Below are positions 23,940-32,600 of a stretch of 34,047 nucleotides of DNA, one piece after another. The translations under genes were made by a program, and so were the position numbers. Origin of the DNA: Chitinophaga pinensis (GTDB lineage: Bacteria; Bacteroidota; Bacteroidia; SXHM01); contig CAMDBK010000004.1 in the NCBI GenBank assembly GCA_945889235.1, forward strand, positions 1 through 34,047, in the 5' to 3' direction. The number at the start of each line of letters is the position of its first letter. Position 1 is the stretch's first letter. The notes under the pieces were generated by a model that saw nothing but the letters and a program-made list of their open reading frames with translations, ran no database searches and was not told the origin of the DNA.

Positions 23940-26579
23940 TTAAAGCTTACCGCCTAAGACAAAGGACTTCTTGTATTTTTTTTGGTCGCCTGAGGTGTTG
24001 AAGAGTTCAATGTAGGCGACATAAATACCGATGCGGGCTTTTTCGTTGCTGGCATTAATTCCATCCCATGAGACGGTGCCGCTGGTGCCGAGTAACTCGT
24101 TGGTGAGAAGATTCTTTATTGTTCTTCCGCGTGAATCGAAGATGGTGATGCTGCCGATAAATCCGGGAGTATCAAAGGTGTAATTGAAGTTAAGTACATC
24201 GTTGTAGCCATCGTTATCGGGTGAGAAGATGGCGGGTTCAACGGTGATGGGATTGTCTGCAACCTGAGGAATATCGAACTGTGAGTTTTGATAAGCAGGT
24301 GTTGCAAAGCCCACTGTTTCTGCGGCTGAATGCCAGTTAGTGCGGTCGGTAGAGGAGCGGTCAAATGCAATGCGCTCCAACGAAACGCCTTTAAAACTAT
24401 TGAGCAAAGGGATGTGCATTGCTTCATCGTAAATGAGCATATCTATGATGTTGCCAAGTGTATCGTTGAGCACAACCGATCCTGCATCAATGTTGAAGGA
24501 AGGCATGGAAACAACTTTAAGAAAACCGTTGGGGTTTGGTGTACTGTATTGTGATTTTACGGCATCGGGGGAAGTGGTGAGCACTAAATATTCACCGGGG
24601 AAAATAAGGTAGCCGAGCGGTGCAATTATTTTTTGATTGACGGGCGGAACACCAACCGTATCAAAGTTGGCGATGCGTAATGATTTGAGGTCAATTACTT
24701 TTTCGGAGCGGTTGTAAACCTCAACAAAGTCAACACTGTTATCCGTTGGATAAAAAAGAATTTCGTTGACGATGATGTCATTTGAATCAGGAAATTCGGG
24801 GATGGCAAAGCGGATGTTGATGCTGTCGGTGATGGTGTTTCCGGCACAGTCCTGCGTGTTGATAACAGTTAAGGTATAAATAACATTGTGTTGTAAAGGT
24901 TGTGCCAGTGCAAGTGTTACGGTGTTCATGGCGGGCCATGCAGGAGAGGCAGATAGCGGTGTTCCAATTGCGTTATCGATTGAATAATTGTTCAGTGTTA
25001 TGGAAGAAAGGCTGTCGAGTTTTTCGTTGAAGAAAACAATGATGGTTACGCTGTCGGAAACGGTTACGCGCTCTGCAACGGGAGCTTCGGTGTCGGGATT
25101 GGGAGCGTTTACAGAGTTTGTTCTTCCGGGAGTACCGCCTGCAATGTAGGTGCTGGCTTTCCAGTTGGCGGCATCACCGCAGGTATTGTCGGGGTCAATC
25201 TGTTCGAGCGACCAGCCGCCTTCTTCCTTGTCGGGATCAGCGTACCAGTCGATTGTGTATTCAAGTGTGTGTATGATGTTACCTGTGCTATCCTGCAATA
25301 ATAATGTTTGTCCGTCATTGGTGAGTGCGGTGGTAGAAAGCCCTTCGACCTGCACTACATTTCCGTAGCCCTGCATGTAAATAAAGGCATCATCGGTAGT
25401 GAGCACCATAAAACTATCGGGAAGGATGACGGCATCGGGGAGAATTTTTGTTGTGGTACCGTAGGTGAATTTCCAGTCTTTTACATTGATGGGAACGTTG
25501 GTGCGGTTATACAATTCGGTGTATTCAAATTCGGGAATACCAACGTAAGGAGAAGGGTCGGCCATTACTTCGTTGAAGACCACATCGTAGCGCTGGGGGA
25601 AATAATAAATGAACTGATGCTGTGAGGCAAGCATAGTATTTCCGGCAGCATCCTGAACGTTTGAAATGCTGAGTGTGTAAAGTGTTCCGAGATTAAATGT
25701 TGTTGCAAAGGTGAGGTGAACGATGTTGGCATTTGTTAAATCACGCGTGGCGGTTTGGGGATTTCCGAGCGTATTATCTGCTGAATAATTGGTGAGTGTT
25801 TCGGCTGTTGACTGGCTAACGGTTTCGGAAAAAGTAACATCAACAGAATTTGGTGAGGTGATGGAAGCGGCTGTTACTGTTGGCAGAATGTTATCGACAA
25901 AGGTGGAACCGGTAACACTGAAATCATCGAAGATAAAGTTGGCGCTGTTGGTAGTTGTGTATTTGCAGGAGACACCAAAGAAGGAGGTTGTGAGAAATGT
26001 AACATCGTTCACACTTCCTTCGAGTACGAAGTTGTTTCCGCTGGTGCTGTCGCTGTAAAAGTTCCATGTTCCATCGGGGAAGCGTTCTACTTTTATTCGA
26101 CCTTCAGCGGGGTTAATACCGAAAGTGTTTACTGTTCCTGCAAATAATTCGGTGCCGGTGGTTGCACTTTGTTTGAAGAATTTGAGGCGGTCTGTAGAAC
26201 CATTTTCACCAAAGCGCAGGTAGTAGCCATTGAGTGAGCCGCGCAGGTTTTCCTGGTCGGAGACTAAATATATTTTAAGGTTGTTGCTGTTGCTGGGGTC
26301 GAAATTCATGCTGAAATAAAACTCCCACTGGATGGTATCACTGAAGACAACGCTGTTGGCGGTGGCAAGGTAAGCGGTGTCACTCAGAGCGGGTGCATTG
26401 AGGTGGAGCTGGAAACTTCCGTTGACTTCGAACTTGGTGGTTTCGCCTGTCCAGGTGGGGTTGGCTGTGAAGTCGGCATCGGTGAAGTTGTCGGAGAATT
26501 GGGCAAGGGCTTCGCCCCCGCCCTCTTTCCAAAGGAGTGGGGTGAGGAAGATCAGAAGTATGAGGATACTTTTATTCAT
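23940..26579 (-). CDS. Secreted lamin-tail-domain/Ig-like protein with T9SS type B (gliding-motility/CHU_C-like) C-terminal domain
   Basis: Start moved to ATG 26579 (MNKSILILL), since the TTG at 26636 lies inside the upstream terminator. Two LTD-like units (VVFNEVMADP..EYTELYN; IIVNEILFYP..DFVEVYN), two Big_5-like units (VTFSE, VFFNE) and C-terminal FSPDNDGYND...IFDSRGR...WDG...G.Y. Confidence 0.85.
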   Translation of the reverse strand: MNKSILILLIFLTPLLWKEGGGEALAQFSDNFTDADFTANPTWTGETTKFEVNGSFQLHLNAPALSDTAYLATANSVVFSDTIQWEFYFSMNFDPSNSNNLKIYLVSDQENLRGSLNGYYLRFGENGSTDRLKFFKQSATTGTELFAGTVNTFGINPAEGRIKVERFPDGTWNFYSDSTSGNNFVLEGSVNDVTFLTTSFFGVSCKYTTTNSANFIFDDFSVTGSTFVDNILPTVTAASITSPNSVDVTFSETVSQSTAETLTNYSADNTLGNPQTATRDLTNANIVHLTFATTFNLGTLYTLSISNVQDAAGNTMLASQHQFIYYFPQRYDVVFNEVMADPSPYVGIPEFEYTELYNRTNVPINVKDWKFTYGTTTKILPDAVILPDSFMVLTTDDAFIYMQGYGNVVQVEGLSTTALTNDGQTLLLQDSTGNIIHTLEYTIDWYADPDKEEGGWSLEQIDPDNTCGDAANWKASTYIAGGTPGRTNSVNAPNPDTEAPVAERVTVSDSVTIIVFFNEKLDSLSSITLNNYSIDNAIGTPLSASPAWPAMNTVTLALAQPLQHNVIYTLTVINTQDCAGNTITDSINIRFAIPEFPDSNDIIVNEILFYPTDNSVDFVEVYNRSEKVIDLKSLRIANFDTVGVPPVNQKIIAPLGYLIFPGEYLVLTTSPDAVKSQYSTPNPNGFLKVVSMPSFNIDAGSVVLNDTLGNIIDMLIYDEAMHIPLLNSFKGVSLERIAFDRSSTDRTNWHSAAETVGFATPAYQNSQFDIPQVADNPITVEPAIFSPDNDGYNDVLNFNYTFDTPGFIGSITIFDSRGRTIKNLLTNELLGTSGTVSWDGINASNEKARIGIYVAYIELFNTSGDQKKYKKSFVLGGKL
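26509..26547. repeat. Decayed CCCTCTCCAAAGGAGAGGG-family repeat in-frame in a signal peptide
   Basis: GCTTCGCCCCCGCCCTCTTTCCAAAGGAGTGGG aligns with 5782-5811 (GCCTC-CCCCTTCCCTC--TCCAAAGGAGAGGG). It encodes LTPLLWKEGGGEA. Confidence 0.65.
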
Positions 26580-26618
26580 GATGGGTTTGGGGCTGCAAGA
26601 TAGAGAATAGGGGGAAAT

Positions 26619-26650
26619 AAAAAAGGATCCCGCCAATGGCGGGACCCTTT
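26619..26650 (-). terminator. Intrinsic terminator of the giant adhesin gene
   Basis: Minus strand AAAGGGTCCCGCC-ATT-GGCGGGATCCTTTTTT is a GC-rich stem followed by a U-tract, about 23 nt after the TAA. Confidence 0.85.
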
Positions 26651-26673
26651 CTCTTTTAACAAACCTTGAAGGT

Positions 26674-29600
26674 TTAGTTTTTTATAATGCGTTTAGTAAC
26701 GCTTCCTTTATCCGTTCTTATCGTGAGCATATACATACCGTCAGCCAAATGGTTGAGGTTATAATCACGCTTAACGGTAATTACATCACGTACATCTTCC
26801 ACCGGAATAATCAACTGCCCGATTGCGTTGGTCAATTCAAGCCGCAGATTTTCATAACCTGAGAACTGGGCATTGAATGTAAACACACTGTTGGTTGGGT
26901 TAGGATAAATACTGATTGCGGCATTCAGGGCATGGTCTTCAATGCCTGACTGGCTGTGTTCAATAATATCGGACATTCCGGTGCAACCATTAGCATCCGT
27001 TACCACCACCATATAGTTACCGCTTGACTGTGTTATTAAAGTCTGGCTGGTAGCTCCTGCAACTGTAACCATGGTATCGTTTTCAAACCACTGATACGAA
27101 GTAAAGGCAGGAGTGCAGGTAAGTGAATCACCTGATTCAACAATAAACGGAACAGGCTGCCAAACGGTAACTGTAACCGGTGAAACGACCAATGATGAGT
27201 CGATACAACCATTCAGATCCAGAACAATTACTCCGTAATTTCCGCTTTGGTTTACGGTAATTTCAGGAGTGGTTGAACCGCTTGTCCATAAGTAGGAAGC
27301 ATAGTTTCCCTGAACACTCAGTATCACATCGTTTCCGTGGCAGAATTGCAAAGGCCCGTCAGAAAGTATAACCGGTGTTGTTACCACAAAAACGTTTACA
27401 TCAATGGTATCCGAAGTTCCCGGACAACTGTTTTGGTCCTGAACCGAAAGCACATAACTACCTGCCTGGTCAACCGTAATGGATGAAGTTGTTTCACCAC
27501 CGGGCGACCATGAGTATGAAGTATAACCAATACCCGCAGTAAGTGTAACATCTTCGCCCGGGCAGAACTCAAGCGGCCCGTCAGGGAAAACAAGAGGTGC
27601 AGGAACAGTAAACATAGTTACGGAAACAGGAGTAGATGCGCCTGTGCAACCACTGTTATCGGTTACAAAAACACTGTAGTAACCTGCCTGTATTACGTTG
27701 ATGGTTTCTGTGAGCGTTACCCCGTCAGACCACTGGTAAGAGGCATAGCCCGGACCGGCATCCAGTGTTAAGCTGCCTCCCTGACAGAATGTATTTGTTT
27801 GGCTGGATGATGTAACCGTTGGCTGCAGTAATGCCGCAACGGTAACACCTACCTGGTCACTGTTTACACAACCGTTATCATCCGTTACTGTTACCACGTA
27901 GGCTCCGTTATTAAACGCTACAATTGAAGAAGTAGTAGCTCCACCGGGGCTCCATGAATAGGAAACAAATGTTCCTGCATCTAATGTAACATTGTTGCCG
28001 GTGCAAATGGTAGTATCGTTTCCGAGGTCAACCACAGGCAGTGCATTTACATTCACGTTTACAGGAAGCGAAGTTCCGGTACAACCAAAAGCATCGGTTA
28101 CATCAACGGTGTATTGCCCTGTTAGATTGACAAGGAAACTCTGATTGGTATTTCCGTTTGACCATTGGTACGTTGTAAAACCATTGCTAGCTGCAAGCAA
28201 TACAGAACCTCCCTGACAGAAAGCTGTAGTTCCTGAAGGCGTAGTAGTAACCACCACAGCAGGACGAACAACTACCGATTGGGTAGTACTGTTTACGCAA
28301 CTGTTTCCATCGGTGTAGATGTAAGTGATGGTATGCGTTCCCGCACTGGCAGCAGAAGGATCAAAGCTATTGCCTGTAATTCCTGCACCTGAAAAGTTAC
28401 CACCTGAAGGCGAACCTGTAAGTGTAACAGCGGAAGCAGCAAAACAATATTCAGCCGCAAGCCCGGTAAATGAAACCACAGGAAGCGGATTTACAACTAC
28501 TGTTTGAGTAGTAGTATTCATACATCCGTTTCCATTAGCAGCAGTGTACGTAATGGTATGTGTTCCAACTCCTGCATCCGAAGCAGTAAATGAATTGCCT
28601 GAAATTCCGGCACCGGAATATGTTCCTCCGGAAGGTATGCCTGTAAGAGCAACCGGTGTATTGTTATCAATACAATATTCCAGTGCAAGACCTGTAAATG
28701 AAGTGGTGCTGATGTCATAAACTTCCACCTGCTGCGAGTGACTGTTTGAGCATCCGAAATTATCGGTGTAGTCATAAGCAACCGTATGTATTCCCGCGCC
28801 TGCCACAGCAGGGTTGAAAACTGTACCCACTACTCCGGGTCCTGAGAAAACTCCACCGGCAGGTGTGCCTGTCATATTTATTACTGATGATTCGTTTATA
28901 CAATACGTTGCGTTAAGCCCTGTAATGTTTACAACCGGTAAGGCATGATACACTACTGAAACATTGTCTGAACTGGTGCAACCGTTATGGTCTTCTTCCC
29001 ACTGATATACATAGGTTCCGATAGCAGTAACAGTTACTGTTGCAGCCGGGTCATTTGCATCGGGACTGTAAGTAGAAGTTCCGGGACCTGAAAGCTGAGT
29101 CCATGTTCCTGTACCCACACTTGGTGTTGCATTGAAAACAAAATCAAGGTCGCACTCACTTCCACCCTGCCCTGCATTTGCAACAGGTAAGGTATTGAAG
29201 TTAACAGTTACCTGACTTGAAGCCGAGCACGTTCCGTTTGTAACAGAGAAGGTAAACGTATAAATTCCGGAAACGGAAACCATCACCGATGAGGTAGGGC
29301 TGTTTACATTTGTGTAAAAAGCAGTTCCCGGACCTGATGAAGACCATGTTCCTGAACCAAGATTAGTTGAACCATTAAATGTGAAATCGAGGTCACACTC
29401 GCTTCCTCCTGTTCCGGCACTTACAACAGGTTGGGCGTAAAAATTAACAGTTACCGAAGCAGCGGAAGAGCAGCCGTTGTTGTTTTCTGTCCATGTAAAT
29501 GTATAGGTTCCAAACGTTGAAACTGTAGCCGTTGCACTTGCTGAAGAAGCATTAGGTGAATAGGTTGCTGTTCCGGGACCTGTTACAGTCCATGTTCCGT

Positions 29601-32600
29601 TACCAACGCTTGGTGAGGCTGCCAGTGCAAATGTTAATCCGCAGCTATTGCCACCTGTTCCTGCATTTGCCACAGGCATTGCATAGACAATGGTGGTTTG
29701 GGTAGTAGTATTGGAACAACCTGTAGATGGATTGGTATAGGAATAGGTAATTACATGCGAACCCAATCCCGCAGTTGCTGGATTAAAGGTGTTACCTATA
29801 ATACCTGCACCGCTGAATGTTCCGCCTGCCGGGAAACCGGTAAGCGTTGCAACAGGGTTTGTAACACAGTACTGGCTTGCCAATCCGCTGGATGTAACCG
29901 CAGGCAATGTATTTATCAAAACAGATTGCGTTTGAGAATTGGTACAACCGTTACCATTGGTGTAGGTGTAGGTAATGGTATGTGTTCCTGCACCCGCAAC
30001 CGAAGCAACATAAGAAGCTGTTCCGTTTCCGATGTCTGTTAATCCTGCACCGTTAGAAGTGAATGTTCCGCCCGGAGCATTATTACCGGTAAGAGTAACA
30101 GGTACAGAAAAATCTTCGCAGTAAGCTAAACTCAAGCCTGTAAACGAAACAACAGGCTGAGGATTTACAACAGCAACCTGTGTTTGAAAATTAACGCATC
30201 CGTTCAGATTGGTGTAGGTATACGTAACTGAATTGTTGCCAAGTGTTGCAATAGATGGGACAAATGTATTTCCTGTAACACCTGTTCCGCTGAATACACC
30301 GCCTGAAGGAGAACCTGTAAGCGCAACCGGTGTGTTATCATTAATACAATAAGGTCCGGCAAGTCCTGAGAAACTAACCACAGGAAGCGGGTTAACTGTT
30401 ACTGCATAGGTTGTGCTGTTATAGCAACCATTACCATCTGTATATTCATACAGGATAGTGTATGGACCGCCAACACCGGCAGTTGCAGCTGAGAAATTGT
30501 TTCCGCTTATTCCCGCTCCGATGAAGGTTCCACCAGAAGGAACACCTGTTAATGTTACCAAAGGTGCATCCACACAATACTGGCTGTTTAGTCCTGAGAA
30601 ACTAACAACAGGAGGCGGATTTACTGTTAACACAGCAGCTACAGATGTTGAGGCTAAGGCGCAATTGATAGAGCCTGTAACCACACACTGATATTGATAA
30701 CTGTTCATTGAGAACGGGGCAGCTGTAATATTCAATGTTGTTGTAGTTGCATTGGAATAAACACCACCGTTAGTGATGTTGTTAAAACCGCTTCCGGTAT
30801 TCACCTGCCATTGATAAGTAAGGTTATTTCCTAAACTTGTAATGCTGAATGATGCGTCAAAGCCAGCGCAGATAGCAGTGTTAACAGGGTCTGTAACAAT
30901 CATTGGGCCCTGACCTACATACAAATTTGCAGTAGCTGAAGTAGATGCAGACGGACAAGAAGTACCGTTAATGATTACCTGATACTGGTAAGCATTCATT
31001 CCCACTGTAGCTCCAGAAATATTCAGTGAAGCAGTGTTGGCACCATTGTAAACACCACCATTGGTTACGTTTACAAAACCACTTCCTGTATTCACCTGCC
31101 ATTGATAGGTAAGACCGCTTCCGTTAGCGGTTACAGTCATAGCAAGATTATCACCGATACAAACTGATTCATCTTGCGGCTGAACCGAGATGAAAGGCGA
31201 AGTGGTTGCATTCAACCTGGCCGAAGTTGTTACTGAAGTTCCTGAACAGATAGTCCCGTTAATTATACATTGATAGATGTATCCATCCATTCCTGAAGTA
31301 GTTCCGGTAATGGTAAGCGTTGAAGTAGTTGCTCCGCTGTAAACACCACCGTTGGTAACGTTTACAAAACCTCCGCCAGTATTTTCCTGCCATTGATAAG
31401 TCAATCCGCTTCCGCTTGCAGTTACTGAGAATACAGCATTATCTCCATCGCACACATACTGGTCAACAGGTTGTGTGCTGATATATGGATTGGGGTCTTC
31501 GGTAAGTACTGCTGAAGATGATGTTGTAGTTCCTGAGCAGTTGATACTTCCTGAAACAATACACTGGTATTGGTTTCCGTCAAATGAAAGCGGTGCGGCA
31601 ACAACCGTTAATGACGAAGTATTTGCTCCGCTGTAATTAATTCCGTTCACTAAATCAACCCATCCGCTTCCGTTATCAACCTGCCACTGGTAGGTTAATC
31701 CAGTTCCGCTTGCAGTTACTGTGAATGTTGCATTATCGCCTACACAGTAATTCATATCTGATGGGCCTTGTGTAATCACAGGAGCGCCATTCATGTGAAT
31801 AATTCCGCTCAGCGAAGTTGATGTACCTGAACAGAATGTACCGTTTATTACACAACGATACTCGTAACCATCCATATTCGGGAACACGCTTGAAATATCA
31901 AGTGTAGCTGTAGTTGCACCGGAATAAACTCCTCCGTTAGCAACGTTTATAAATCCGCTTCCGTTATTTACCTGCCACTGATACGTAATTCCTGTACCTT
32001 GTGTAGTTACACTGAACGATGCAGGATCAGTTGGGCATACATACGCATCAACCGGTTGCTGAGAAATTGAAGGAGATGTTGTAATAGTGATTAATACAAC
32101 ATCAGAAGTTGAACTGCCGACACAAATTGAACCTGAAATAATGCAGTGATACTGGTTTCCGTCCATTCCTGCAGTAACACCTGAAACAGTTAATGCTGCT
32201 GATGTTGCTCCGCTGTATACACCACCATTGCTGATGTTTGCAAAACCACCTCCGCTGTCTTCCTGCCACTGATAGGTTATTCCGGTTCCGGTTGCAGTAA
32301 CTGTAAATACGGCATTGTCACCTTCGCAAATACTTTGAGAAACAGGTTGCGTTGTTATATCAGGTGAATTTGTTGCGTTAAGGGTTGCAACATTTGTAAT
32401 ACTGTTTGCAGTACAATTATTGCTTCCTGTAACAACACATTGGTATTGGTATCCGTCCATACCAACGGTGAAGCCTGTTATGTTGAGTGTATTAGTCGTT
32501 GCCCCACTGTAAACACCGCCATTGCTTACGTTCAAAAAACCACCTCCGGTATTTACCTGCCACTGATAGGTTAAATTAGTTCCGGATGCATTAACACTGA

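Noticed and set aside
26580-26636. 19-aa N-terminal extension of the lamin-tail protein
   Set aside because: It begins inside the upstream terminator hairpin. The signal peptide starts at ATG 26579.
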